DNA of 64,000 bases from Bacilli bacterium (GTDB lineage: Bacteria; Bacillota_I; Bacilli_A; RFN20; CAG-826): NCBI GenBank assembly GCA_017454295.1, contig JAFTDF010000004.1:52904-116903 (forward strand), read 5' to 3'. The notes beneath the pieces are model-generated. The model ran no database searches, was not told the origin of the DNA, and was given only the letters and a program-made list of their open reading frames with translations. Position numbers and translations under genes: made by a program. Position 1 is the stretch's first letter, and each line of letters starts with the position of its first letter. Positions 18,855 through 29,200 of this stretch are shown here, one piece after another.

Positions 18855-18996
18855 GGGCGCATCTTCCTACGCGATATTTTACGCGCAAGGAAACGGGCGC
18901 GCCACAAGAAAACACGCAAACCGCTTACAGTTTTCCTAAGCCACGATGAAATGGTCCAAAAATTGCGCTCTCTCCTAGGAAAAACGGAGAAATCCT

Positions 18997-19025
18997 TTTA
19001 CAATGTAACCGCTTACAAATATAAT
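18997..19025 (+). promoter_or_regulatory. sigma-A type promoter TTTACA-N17-TATAAT for the TGS/uridine-kinase gene
   Basis: -35 at 18997-19002 and -10 at 19020-19025 with an exact 17-nt spacer. An AGGAGG SD lies 7 nt before the ATG at 19057. Confidence 0.65.
19004..19017. promoter_or_regulatory. cre-like site TGTAACCGCTTACA (CcpA catabolite-responsive element consensus)
   Basis: All fixed positions of WTGNAANCGNWNNCW are matched. It lies in the promoter spacer. Confidence 0.45.
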
Positions 19026-19056
19026 AGCGGGCTACTCATCTTCAGGAGGATTTGCC

Positions 19057-20706
19057 ATGGCTTACGAAATTACCATTAACGGCAGCAAAATGACATTGGA
19101 GAAGAACGAGCGGATTCTCGATATCATCCAATCCAGAGACCCCGAAAAACGAGCCGTTGCCGCTCGCGTCAATCGTCGTTTGCGCGATTTGAATTTTGAA
19201 ATTCAGGGACCCTGTGACATCGAAGTCATCCAAAACAACGACATTGAGGCGATGAAGGTGTACGAAGCCTCGCTCCGCTATGTCGTGGCGATGGCCTTTG
19301 CCAATTGCTATCCCCAATTGCATATCCGTTTTGCCTATAACGTGTCGCGGGCGATTTCCATCCACCTCCTCACCAGCGGGTTCACGGCCAATTCGGCGAT
19401 GCTACAAACCATCACCCAAGAAATCGACCGCATCATCGCCGCCGACTATCCATTGAAACGGATCGTCGTCCCCAATGACGAGGCCGCCGAGATTTTCAAG
19501 GCCCGTGGCTATGACGATAAAATCGCCATCCTCCCCTACCGTCCCGAACGCACCGTCCATCTTTATGAATGTAACGGTTACCTCGATTACATGTATTCCC
19601 CGATGGTTCCTTCCACCGGTTATATCCATGACTACAAGCTCCGTCTTTATACCCCGGGCTTCTTGCTCCAATATCCGCGGGCGGAAAAAGGCGGTACCAT
19701 TCCTCCGTTTGAAGATGCCCCAACCTTCAGCCGCACCTTAACCGAGGTCCATGACTGGAGCAAAACCGTCGGCCTCCTCGACGTGGCCTCCATCAACCGT
19801 GCCGTGGAAAAAAACGGACCCATCGAATTGATCAATCTTTGCGAAGCCCGTCACAATCGGATGCTTTGCGAACTGGGCGAACGCATCCAACGCGACATCG
19901 ACGAGATTTCCCTCATCTGCATCGCCGGTCCTTCCTCTTCCGGGAAAACCACGTTCGCCAACCGTCTCCGCATTGAATTGCTCTCCCGTGGTATCCGCCC
20001 GGTCCGTATCTCGCTCGATGACTATTATCTGGAACGGAAGGATTGCCCCTTAGACGAAAACGGCAAACCCGACCTTGAATCCATCGAAGCCCTTGATATC
20101 GCCTTGTTCAACCAAAACATGGTCGAGCTCATTTCGGGCGAAGAGGTGACCTTACCTCGCTTCGACTTCCAGCTTGGCAAGCGGGTACCTGGCCGCACCT
20201 TAAAAGTGGGAAAGAACGAGCCGATCATCATCGAAGGCATCCACGCCCTCAACGAACGGATGACCGTGGATATCCCCAAGAGCGCGAAATTCAAAATCTT
20301 CATCTCCCCCGGCTCGCAGCTCAACCTCGATGACCATAACCCCGTTTCCCTCACCGACCTTCGTTTGGTCCGTCGTATCGTGCGTGACTACAAGTTCCGC
20401 AACGCCTCCGCCGAGGAAACCCTATCGATGTGGCCTTCCGTCCGGGCGGGCGAATTCAAATGGATCTATGCCACCCAAGAAGGCAGCGACTATGTCTATA
20501 ACTCCATCTTGCCGTATGAGCTCCCGATTATGCGTCATTACGCGTTACCGCTGCTTGCCCAAATCGCTCCCGAATCCCCCAACTATCCGGTGGCCCAGCG
20601 TTTGATGAAGATGCTGAAGTATTTCGTGGACATGGATGAAGAGTGGGTTCCTTCCAATTCCTTGATGCGCGAATTCATCGGCGGTTCTTGCTACGCCGAC
20701 GTATAA
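19057..20706 (+). CDS. TGS-domain / uridine kinase-family (PRK-like) nucleoside kinase
   Basis: The N-terminal ThrRS-like TGS region is followed by P-loop GPSSSGKTTFANRL and the Udk-like motifs IIIEGIH and RRIVRD. Length is 549 aa. Confidence 0.75.
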   Translation: MAYEITINGSKMTLEKNERILDIIQSRDPEKRAVAARVNRRLRDLNFEIQGPCDIEVIQNNDIEAMKVYEASLRYVVAMAFANCYPQLHIRFAYNVSRAISIHLLTSGFTANSAMLQTITQEIDRIIAADYPLKRIVVPNDEAAEIFKARGYDDKIAILPYRPERTVHLYECNGYLDYMYSPMVPSTGYIHDYKLRLYTPGFLLQYPRAEKGGTIPPFEDAPTFSRTLTEVHDWSKTVGLLDVASINRAVEKNGPIELINLCEARHNRMLCELGERIQRDIDEISLICIAGPSSSGKTTFANRLRIELLSRGIRPVRISLDDYYLERKDCPLDENGKPDLESIEALDIALFNQNMVELISGEEVTLPRFDFQLGKRVPGRTLKVGKNEPIIIEGIHALNERMTVDIPKSAKFKIFISPGSQLNLDDHNPVSLTDLRLVRRIVRDYKFRNASAEETLSMWPSVRAGEFKWIYATQEGSDYVYNSILPYELPIMRHYALPLLAQIAPESPNYPVAQRLMKMLKYFVDMDEEWVPSNSLMREFIGGSCYADV

Positions 20707-20734
20707 AAAGGCGCAAAAACCGAACGAAAATAGA

Positions 20735-20763
20735 AAATAAGGGGCAAATCGTCCCTTATTTTT
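20735..20763. terminator. bidirectional intrinsic terminator between convergent genes
   Basis: 9-bp stem AAATAAGGG/CCCTTATTT with a 9-nt loop. An A-run precedes it and a T-run follows it. It overlaps the stop of the 368-aa gene. Confidence 0.5.
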
Positions 20764-21862
20764 CGTTTTCTTTTCCTAAGTTCGCAAACGCTTCTTTTTG
20801 GGTTTGGTAGGCGGCGATAAGCTCTCCATAATAGAGGTTTCTCATCCGCGCATAGGCGATGCGTTCTTCTTCGCCGGCCGTGGCCATATATAAAGAGGTA
20901 AAGAACTTTTCTAAGCGGAAGAACGATTCGTAGAGATTCAAGATGGTGACGAAATAGAAATAATTCTTCCGCGAATAAATCAAGACGGGGGAACTATGGG
21001 CGATTTCGGAAGCCATTTCATAGACTTTCGAATAATGGGTGAGGCCCGCGACCCGTTCCACCCCATCGCGGAAATTGAATTTGAAATCGGGGATCTCGGT
21101 CGCCCCTTTTACACCCGTGAGCCAGCCATATTCGATAAAGCGTTTCATGTCTTTCGACTTCAATCCAATTTCATGCATTCTGGCTTTGATGTCGACGAAA
21201 ACGGAGTCGGTTTCTTCTTTGCTGGAAAGGCCGCCGCGGAAGGCCACGCCATAACGAATATGACGAAGATAGGCTTCCACCGCTCCTTCGCCATGGCGGA
21301 CTAAGATGGAAAGGATACATTCGTTTTCATGGAGGGTGCGCCAGGTTGAGAAGGCTTCCGTCTCAAACCCTTCCTCCAAAAGCGAGGCCACGCATTTGCC
21401 CATTTGGAATCCCTTCATCATCACGTCGACGAGCAACGTGCGTTCGGGATCGCCTTGTTGATAACGGGACAAGATGCCAAGGACGAAATTCAAATAGAGG
21501 TCCAAGGTCGACATCGCCGGGGAAAACCGCGAGGTCAAATTCCCGATGCGATAGGCAAATTTTTCATTGGTGTAATACTTATCCAACGACACGGAGGCGA
21601 GGAAGCTCAGATAGGATTCGTCGTTGGCGAGCTCTTCTTGGCTACGTTCGGGATGGGTAGCCAAATAAAAGGCATGCTCATTGATTAAATAAAGCGATAG
21701 CTGCAATGGGTTGACGCCTAGCGATGCTAGCGGCGCCACATCCTGGGATTCGTGGGCGCCTTCGTAGGCATAGGAAAACGCCTTGAACAAAAAATCCCGG
21801 TCATATTTGGGATCGAGGTTCACGTGGTCGAGGAATTCGTAGAAGGCTTGCCGTAGTTCCAT
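20756..21862 (-). CDS. hypothetical protein, probably all-alpha and cytoplasmic
   Basis: 368-aa ORF with no signal peptide or TM helix and no motif I recognise. Confidence 0.55.
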   Translation of the reverse strand: MELRQAFYEFLDHVNLDPKYDRDFLFKAFSYAYEGAHESQDVAPLASLGVNPLQLSLYLINEHAFYLATHPERSQEELANDESYLSFLASVSLDKYYTNEKFAYRIGNLTSRFSPAMSTLDLYLNFVLGILSRYQQGDPERTLLVDVMMKGFQMGKCVASLLEEGFETEAFSTWRTLHENECILSILVRHGEGAVEAYLRHIRYGVAFRGGLSSKEETDSVFVDIKARMHEIGLKSKDMKRFIEYGWLTGVKGATEIPDFKFNFRDGVERVAGLTHYSKVYEMASEIAHSSPVLIYSRKNYFYFVTILNLYESFFRLEKFFTSLYMATAGEEERIAYARMRNLYYGELIAAYQTQKEAFANLGKENEK

Positions 21863-21868
21863 ATTCTT

Positions 21869-21874
21869 ATTCTA
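21869..21874 (-). promoter_or_regulatory. -10 box (TAGAAT) 6 nt upstream of the ATG; leaderless candidate
   Basis: The minus strand reads GGATAGAAT-AAGAAT-ATG(21862). Confidence 0.4.
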
Positions 21875-21894
21875 TCCATTCTAGGGGTGCGATT

Positions 21895-22785
21895 CTATTG
21901 GGGTTTCCCTGGCACGAACAAATCCGCTTGTTCCACCCATGGGGAAATGGGCGAATTTCCTGGCGCGTAAGAGACCCACACCACTTCCACTTTCCGAAGC
22001 AGCGCTTGGCTTTCCACGGCGTCCCGCCTTGCCAGTTCCTTCGCATCGGGAAGTTTTAGTTCCCGACATTCTTCCTCTGAAAACACCCCGTTTTCTCGTT
22101 CCACGGGTCCGAAGTTTTCGCGTGAAAAGTCCACGATATAGACGCGGCTATGAACCGGTACGGTCTTTTCTTTGGCGAAAGTGATCAACGGGGAGGAAAG
22201 TGGGAGGTCTTTCGGTTCCAGTCCATAGATGACGATATCCTTCTCTCCAGCGAACAGATCGGCTTCGATGGCATGAGATAGTGAGGCGATTTCTTCTTCG
22301 CGGGAAGCAAAACGATACAAAGGAATGGGCGTTGTCCGCTTCGGCGGGATTTGATCCCAAGACAAAGCGATGTTCGGCAAGGACTCGATCGAAGTGGCGA
22401 TTCGTTTCCCGTCGGCATAACCACGTATCACAATCGGACGGCCACGAAAAAAGTCATAGGGATTTGTGGATTGATAAAGCAAACCCTGACGTAGGAATCC
22501 TTCAAAAACAGGTTGGAGGTGACGTAACTTTTCGCTTTTGTAAGTCGCTCCAACTTGGAAATGGCGAAGGCCTTCTAATACCTCTTGGGGCGAGGCATAG
22601 CCACGTTGAATGAGCGTTTCGATCGCTTCCGGAGCGGCTTGATAAAGGAACATTTCTTCCACCGCTTCGATGGTCAAAACATCAAAATGCTGGTCGGGAT
22701 AGGCCTTACGATAAGCGGAGAAAAACCCCTTTTCCGAAGCAGGCGCAATCAGGATCGCGTTTTCGTATAAGGGGTAACGAATCAT
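21895..22785 (-). CDS. hypothetical protein
   Basis: 296-aa ORF starting 15 nt after the glpK stop, with no Walker motifs. There is only a faint resemblance to helicase-accessory (AddB-like) N-terminal segments. Confidence 0.5.
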   Translation of the reverse strand: MIRYPLYENAILIAPASEKGFFSAYRKAYPDQHFDVLTIEAVEEMFLYQAAPEAIETLIQRGYASPQEVLEGLRHFQVGATYKSEKLRHLQPVFEGFLRQGLLYQSTNPYDFFRGRPIVIRGYADGKRIATSIESLPNIALSWDQIPPKRTTPIPLYRFASREEEIASLSHAIEADLFAGEKDIVIYGLEPKDLPLSSPLITFAKEKTVPVHSRVYIVDFSRENFGPVERENGVFSEEECRELKLPDAKELARRDAVESQALLRKVEVVWVSYAPGNSPISPWVEQADLFVPGKPQ

Positions 22786-22800
22786 AAAAGATGGATGGAA

Positions 22801-24294
22801 TCAGTCGTGCTGTTTGGGCTTAAAGGCGCAAGCGGCTTTCACGGCATCGAGCCAACCTTCGTAAAGGTCATCGGCCATTTGGCGCGGCATTTCCGGTTTA
22901 TAGACCTTGGCGATGGAGTGGCAGGAAAGGATTTCCTTTTTGTCTTTCCAGAATCCGCAATGGAGGCCGGCGAAATACCCGGCACCCAAAGCCGTGGTTT
23001 CTAAGCAAGCGGGAAGATGGACTTCGCAGCCGAGGATATCGGCTTGGAATTGCATCATCAAGGTGTTGGCGCTGGCCCCACCGTCGACGCGGAGGGAAAG
23101 CAATTTCAAATGGGCTTCGTTTTTCATCGCCTCGATGACGTCCTTGCTTTGGTAAGCAACCGATTCGAGGCCGGCCCGGGTGATCTCATGACGGCCGGTG
23201 CCCCGGGTCAAACCGAAGATCGCCCCACGGACATCGTCATCCCACCAAGGGGTGCCTAAGCCAACGAAGGCAGGGACGAAATATACGCCACATGAACCTT
23301 TTTTGGCTTTATTGGCATAGTATTCGGAGTCGGCGGAATCCTCAAACCAACGGGTTTGGTCACGGAGCCATTGCACGAGAGCGCCACCGATGAAGACGGA
23401 ACCTTCCAGGGCATAGGTCGGAACGCCTTTTTCGCTCCAAGCGACGGTGGTTAATAACCCTTTTTTGGAAATGATGGGTTCATGGCCGATGTTCATCAGC
23501 ATGAAACAGCCGGTGCCATAGGTGTTCTTGGATTCGCCTTTTTCGAAGCAGCATTGGCCAAACAAAGCGGCTTGCTGGTCGCCCGCGACCCCACAGATAT
23601 GGACTTTTCCGGGGAAGAAGCTGGCCTCGCCATAATCGAAGGAATTGTCTTTCACAGCCGGAAGCATCTTCATCGGGATATTCCAAATGTCGCAGAGCTC
23701 TTGGGTATATTCCATTTTGAAGATATCGAAGAGCATGGTACGGGAGGCATTGGAAACATCGGTGAGATGGGATTTTCCTTTGGTGAGCTTATAGATGATC
23801 CAAGAATCGATGGTACCGGAGAGCAATGCGCCCTTTTCCGCCCGTTCCTGGCCATTGGGAATGTGGTCGAGGATATAGCGGATTTTGGAAGCGGAGAAAT
23901 AAGGGTTCATGCGGAGTCCCGTGCGGGATTGGATGAAATCGGTTTTGTCTTCCCGTTCTTCGCAAAGGCTTTGGGTCTGCTTGGATTGCCAGACAATCGC
24001 ATTGCAAACGGCTTTCCCGGTATCCTTTTCCCAGACAACGGTGGTTTCACGTTGGTTGGTGATCCCGATGGCCGCGACATCGGACATCTGCGCATTGGAA
24101 ACGACGAGGAGTTCATTGATGACGTCGAGGACGGAGATCCAGATGCGGTTGGCATCGACTTCCACCCACCCGGGTTCGGGGAAGAGGCAGTCGACGGGAC
24201 GTTGGGCTTTGAAGACGGCTTCACCGTCGTGGTTGATAAAAATGGCACGCGTGGAGGTGGTGCCTTGGTCAATGGCCAAGATGTATTTTTTCAT
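22801..24294 (-). CDS. glpK: glycerol kinase
   Basis: Contains the FGGY motifs ILAIDQGTTSTRAI and GITNQRETTVVW, plus GALEGSVF-type segments. Length is 497 aa. Confidence 0.96.
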   Translation of the reverse strand: MKKYILAIDQGTTSTRAIFINHDGEAVFKAQRPVDCLFPEPGWVEVDANRIWISVLDVINELLVVSNAQMSDVAAIGITNQRETTVVWEKDTGKAVCNAIVWQSKQTQSLCEEREDKTDFIQSRTGLRMNPYFSASKIRYILDHIPNGQERAEKGALLSGTIDSWIIYKLTKGKSHLTDVSNASRTMLFDIFKMEYTQELCDIWNIPMKMLPAVKDNSFDYGEASFFPGKVHICGVAGDQQAALFGQCCFEKGESKNTYGTGCFMLMNIGHEPIISKKGLLTTVAWSEKGVPTYALEGSVFIGGALVQWLRDQTRWFEDSADSEYYANKAKKGSCGVYFVPAFVGLGTPWWDDDVRGAIFGLTRGTGRHEITRAGLESVAYQSKDVIEAMKNEAHLKLLSLRVDGGASANTLMMQFQADILGCEVHLPACLETTALGAGYFAGLHCGFWKDKKEILSCHSIAKVYKPEMPRQMADDLYEGWLDAVKAACAFKPKQHD

Positions 24295-24301
24295 ATGAAA
24301 A

Positions 24302-24307
24302 ATTATA
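24302..24307 (-). promoter_or_regulatory. -10 box (TATAAT) 7 nt upstream of the glpK ATG; leaderless candidate
   Basis: The minus strand reads CGCTATAAT-TTTTCAT-ATG. There is no SD. Confidence 0.5.
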
Positions 24308-24348
24308 GCGTGCCGGAAACGTTAAAGCGAGGTAGAGTTTAGGACCGT

Positions 24349-25614
24349 TTAGCGGTTGGAATAGAAACGTTCGATGTCGTCGATTTCCTTCAAGATGGAA
24401 GAAGTGAGGACTTCGGCGCCATGCTCGGTGATGAGCAAATCGTCTTCGATACGGACCCCGATTTTGAGATCCTTGAAATAAAGTCCGGGTTCATCGGAAA
24501 TCACGTTGCCGGCTTGTAAAGGCACATCGCGGCTTCCCGGATCATGGGTGTCCAAACCGATATGATGGGAAACCCCATGGAAATAGTAATTCCGAATCTC
24601 TTCCTTGGTTTGAATCAAGCCTTTTTCCAAGCATTCGGAAGCAAGGAATTCCACGGTTAAATTCTGCAAATCCTTGATGGTTAACCCCGGTTTTGCGGCT
24701 TTTGCGATCATTTTGTTGCAGTTTAAGACGATTTGATAAATGGTCCGTTGCAAATCATTGAACTTCCCATTCGCGGGCACGGTACGGCTGACGTCGGCGC
24801 AATAATAGCCGCAGCGGGAGCCCAAATCCATCAACACCAAATCCTCTTTGCCAATGGTATCGGTGGGCGTCGGATAATGGAGGCAAGTCGTATGGACCCC
24901 ACTGGCCAAGATCGTGGGGAAGGCCACACCTTGGTAGCCGGAGATGTCGTTGATGACGTGATGGAATTCATCGGCGATCTCATATTCTTTTTTCCCAGGG
25001 GCGATACGGGCCATGGCCGCCATGATGCCAAGGCGCGTCGCTTCGATGGCGGAGCGGAATTCGGCGATTTCGTTTTCCGACTTCACCAAACGTAAGGAGA
25101 CGATATCCCCATAGATATCTAAAATCTCGATGCCATGGAACACCGTTTCCAATGAGCGGCGATAATCCTCGATATAGGTGCCCTCGGCGATCTTGTTTTC
25201 CCGTTCCAAATCCAAATAGACGGTACGGATGGGACCATAATCGCTATAGGCGCCCCGGATGGCGTTATCGACGCGGGTGCTTAGCGAGGTGTTGAGCAAG
25301 ACGTTGCGGATACCGGAAATCGTGCCGGCTTCTTCGATGGTGAGCTTCTTCCCATACCACTTTTCTTTGTTGGGATCGAAGGGAGAAATCAAAAGGTATT
25401 CCCGTTCCTCGCCTTCCACCTTATATAAAAGCAGCACGGAGTCTTCTTGGTCGATGCCGGTGAGGTAATAGAAATTGCGGTTGACTTCGAAGGGATAGGA
25501 TTCGTCCGCGGAGCACTTCTTGGGATAACCGCTAAAAAGAATGGCGAAACTGTTGTCCCGCATTTTCGAGAACAAGGCTTTCCGCCGGTTTTGGTATTCG
25601 GTAAAGGGAATCAT
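24349..25614 (-). CDS. Xaa-Pro aminopeptidase/dipeptidase (M24B)
   Basis: Creatinase-like N-domain followed by the metal-ligand motifs DLGSRCGYYCADVSRT, HGVSHHIGLDTHD, EPGLY and IRIEDD. Confidence 0.9.
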   Translation of the reverse strand: MIPFTEYQNRRKALFSKMRDNSFAILFSGYPKKCSADESYPFEVNRNFYYLTGIDQEDSVLLLYKVEGEEREYLLISPFDPNKEKWYGKKLTIEEAGTISGIRNVLLNTSLSTRVDNAIRGAYSDYGPIRTVYLDLERENKIAEGTYIEDYRRSLETVFHGIEILDIYGDIVSLRLVKSENEIAEFRSAIEATRLGIMAAMARIAPGKKEYEIADEFHHVINDISGYQGVAFPTILASGVHTTCLHYPTPTDTIGKEDLVLMDLGSRCGYYCADVSRTVPANGKFNDLQRTIYQIVLNCNKMIAKAAKPGLTIKDLQNLTVEFLASECLEKGLIQTKEEIRNYYFHGVSHHIGLDTHDPGSRDVPLQAGNVISDEPGLYFKDLKIGVRIEDDLLITEHGAEVLTSSILKEIDDIERFYSNR

Positions 25615-26222
25615 GATACTTTCTCCTCTATGATGGTGATGGTTTGTTCGTCTTGAAGTAAGTCGAGGGATAAGCCCGCTTTTTCAAAGACCGGATGTAG
25701 TTTAGCACTAGAAATGGCCGTTGTTTCCACTTTTATTCCGAAAGCGGTCTCTTTTAAAGAGAAACCGTATTTCTCCGAGAGGCGGAGAATGGTTTGATAA
25801 GCGGAATAGTCCACCTCCAAATGATAAGAATAGACCTGTTTCTCGACCCCAAGCCTAGCCGACGAAATGGCAAGTTCCGCCGCTTCTAAAATGGAGCGAC
25901 GAAGCCGGGGAATGCCTAGTTTGGTGCCGCCGAAATAACGGGCCACAATCAGATAGCCATAGAGGTCTTTTTCTTCCAAAAGGCTTAACAAAGGGCGGCC
26001 GGCACTCGAACCGGGCTCACCATCGTCGCTGCTTTTGCCCCGGTCTTTAAGCCGATAGGCATAGGGATAATGATCGGCTTTGGGGAAGCGTTTCTTAAAA
26101 GAATCATAGATTTCCTTAAAGGAAGTTTCGTCCGAAAGCGGCCCCACTTCTCCATCGAAGGTGGAGCCCAAACATTTATATTCCCCAGTGGCCGGGGCGA
26201 AAGGTAAACGCGCCATGATCAA
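25611..26222 (-). CDS. yigZ: IMPACT/YigZ family protein
   Basis: UPF0029-type motif SSDDGEPGSSAGRPLL and FGGTKLG, with a C-terminal DUF1949-like domain. It has ATGA overlaps on both sides. Confidence 0.8.
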   Translation of the reverse strand: MIMARLPFAPATGEYKCLGSTFDGEVGPLSDETSFKEIYDSFKKRFPKADHYPYAYRLKDRGKSSDDGEPGSSAGRPLLSLLEEKDLYGYLIVARYFGGTKLGIPRLRRSILEAAELAISSARLGVEKQVYSYHLEVDYSAYQTILRLSEKYGFSLKETAFGIKVETTAISSAKLHPVFEKAGLSLDLLQDEQTITIIEEKVS

Positions 26223-29200
26223 GGATAGACAATCGAAGCGACTTCGGAATAGGAGAAGGCCTTGTTCACGCCACCGAGCAGGTTGCCCGTGCCACGATAA
26301 TCGTAGTAGACGTTACTGCTATCGAAATTGCCGTCGAGAGCGGAAGCGAGGCAATCATAGAGGTCACCCAAGTAGAATTGCTGCAGTAACACGGAAGCGG
26401 AATCGTTGCCCTTAGCAAAGTCGGAAATGGCACTGGCCAAACTTGCATCGTCCCCGCCATGATAAGCTTCCAAAGACTTGTAGGCCTTCTTGAGGCTTTG
26501 CATGACATCGAGCTTGTCATCGCTGCGGTCGAAGGCAGAGGCAACGCTCGTTAATCCGCATTCGCCATCGGCTAAGGTTGCCACCGCATCGCTAGAGAAG
26601 TAGACGCTACGATCACCGCTAGCCGGTGCCCCCACAAACAAGCCGGGGTGGCTATCAAGTCGAGCGAAGGCGTTATAAGAATAGGAGAGCTTTTTGGCGA
26701 TACCATAAAGGATACCTTGAGCGAAGGCGCCCGGTTCTTCATAAGCGTCGCTTTGCGTGATGAAGTTGGGGTTGCCTGCGCCCTCTTTGGTGCCGTAGAG
26801 GGTAACGGTTTTCGCGGTGAACTTCGAAGAATCAAGCGCGTCGTAAAGATGCTCGTAAGCTTCGCTCGTGGGGTCGCTAAGCAAATAGGATTCGCTGGCT
26901 CGGGCCACCGCCGGAGTAGGTGTCGAGGAGGTCGCGTTCTCGTAATAGCTCTTATTGGCCATCGCGTCGAGGAAGCCGATATCGTCGATGAACTGATCGA
27001 AATAGGCCGCTTCTCGGAAGCAGAATTCCTTCATATCGGATTCGGCGGAAGTCACTGCATAAATCCCAGTGGCGGCATCGTAACGATCGGTGGAACCAAA
27101 TGTGCCGAATTCGTCACCCATGCCAAGGGAAACGGGGACGGGCACGCCACCGACGGGAACCTCGGCCGTGACGTGGAAGAGGTTATACAAGACAAAGTCT
27201 TTGGCGGTGAAGGCATCGGCATGCAATTTGGTTTCGAATAAGCCGGAATCGGCGATCATCGAGAATAGACCAAAGGTCGAATGCTGGAAGCCGGTGGTGC
27301 ACTTATCGTCTTTCAGGAAGTTCGCCAATTCGCTCGAGCCTTCGTCGAAGGAATAATAGTATTTCACCGAGGACGGATCGACGTTGCCACGGAAGGTGGA
27401 GGTGAAGAAATAGTAAACGGAGGCGATGGCCTTTTCACGATAGGTTGCTTGGTCTTGGCGGTAGTTGGCGCAATCGAATTCCACGCTGGCATTGGTGAAG
27501 GAATTCGTGCCATCGCCTTGAACCTCGAAGCCACCAGGGAGCTTGGCCAGATTCAACGTATAGGTCGTGCCGGTGTGACTCATCGAAACGAGTTCGGTGA
27601 CGTCAATCAAGCCATAATAAAGGTGGATCGAAGAGGCCGTCCCCGCATAATCGAAGGTGAGTTTATCGGGCATGCCAAACCCATCCCCGCTGACATCGAA
27701 GCTCAAAGTCAGGCCATCCGGCAAATCCATGACGTCATCGCTATAAACGTGGAAGCCTAGACCAATACCGGAATCGGATTTCCCCGAGACGAAACGGGCC
27801 AAGGTGTTGGGCATGATGGCATTGCCGACTTGGCAGCCATTTAGGGCTTGGAAGAGCGCATAGAGCTCAAAGGGTTGGTATTTGTTAAGTTGGACATCGC
27901 CGAGTTCGACGTCGGCGGTCTTAAAGCCAAGACGCTGGACGGTTTCCACCAAGCCGACGTTGGCGTCATTTGCTTCCCCAGGGCGATCGACGCCAGGATG
28001 ATGACGATGGCCATCGGTGGTCAACGCGGAAATCTCATCACCCCAATCGGTGGTGAGCATGGCACCGGAAACATCTTCAAGGGTGCCTTCTTCAAAGGCG
28101 GCGATCGCATCGTGGATTTTGAATAAACCCGCGGCTTTGAGGTAATCGTCATAATCGGCCGAAGAGAGATCGGGCAAATGCTTGACGATGCCACGGGTGC
28201 CTTCGCGTGCCTCAAGGTAGAGCTCTAAGTCTTCCGCGCTTTGGGTCAATTCCAGGTTTTGCTGAGCCAAACCGGAATCGATGTAAATCTTCTGGATGAA
28301 TTGCTCGAAGATGGTCAAATCGTTTTGGCGGAATAGCGTCCCCGTGGTCGCGGATTCGCTTTCTTTGGCAAAGCCATAGCCATCCTCGGCACGGTAATAC
28401 TCCCAGGTCTCGGAATAGTGGCCGTCGGCGGCCTTGTTGGGACCGGCTTCATGGAAGATATAAGAGTTATAGAGGTCGAAGAGCATCGTCCGGACGATCA
28501 TCGGATCGACGAAGGAGACGTCGAATTCTGACATGTTGGACTTATTATTCTTCAAAGCGTCGACGACATAGCAAACCTGATCGATTTCGGGTTCATAGAA
28601 CGGCACTTCGTAATCCAGGGAATGAATGGCCTTCAAATCCCCGTTTTCATCCACCCATTCATAGGAGAAGAAGACGTTGGTCAGCGACAAGTCGACCCCT
28701 AAGATATCGTAGGTGCCCTTCCACAGATTGCTATGAAGGGCATTGGGCACGACATCGCGGAGGAAATAGGCATCGTTAAGGCCATGGAGGATCAAGGATA
28801 GCACCGTGCCATCCATCGAAGCAAAGTCGGTGGAGGAACCGCCGGAAACGTAGGGGCTTAAGGTCGGGGAGCCAAGGATTTCGATGAAATCGCAGAACTC
28901 GCGGATATGGTCATCCATCTCATCGGGTTGGAGGGTGCGGACTTGGCCGATGTAATAGAGGGCTTTGCCCATCGCCAAGTCATAATCCCCATCCGCGGCG
29001 TGAGCCTGATCCTTGGGACTATCGGCATAGAAGTAATACTCAGAAAGGGCATCCGTGGCGATGAGGTCCGCTAAGAGGTTTTCGAAGCAGGTATGACCTT
29101 TTTTGGCTTCGTAATCGGGATACTTCGGGTCGGCGGGATCGATATCGAAAACCGCATCGGCCTTGCTCTTATTCGAATCGAAGGGACCAGATTCATACAT

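Noticed and set aside
23482-24342. Long ORFs antisense to, or out of frame with, confidently assigned genes. Examples: 23482-24342 (+) opposite glpK, 39529-40455 and 38381-39178 opposite the FtsX permeases, 51292-51999 and 47462-48097 opposite the surface-protein genes, 43483-44181 opposite the lipoprotein, 17669-18208 inside atpB, 33646-34464 inside the CPBP gene, and 40597-41154 inside the ABC ATPase.
   Set aside because: Each overlaps a gene with strong family motifs. Their translations are low-complexity (Arg/Gly/Pro/His-rich) with no motifs. Stop-poor antisense frames are expected at this GC content and codon bias.
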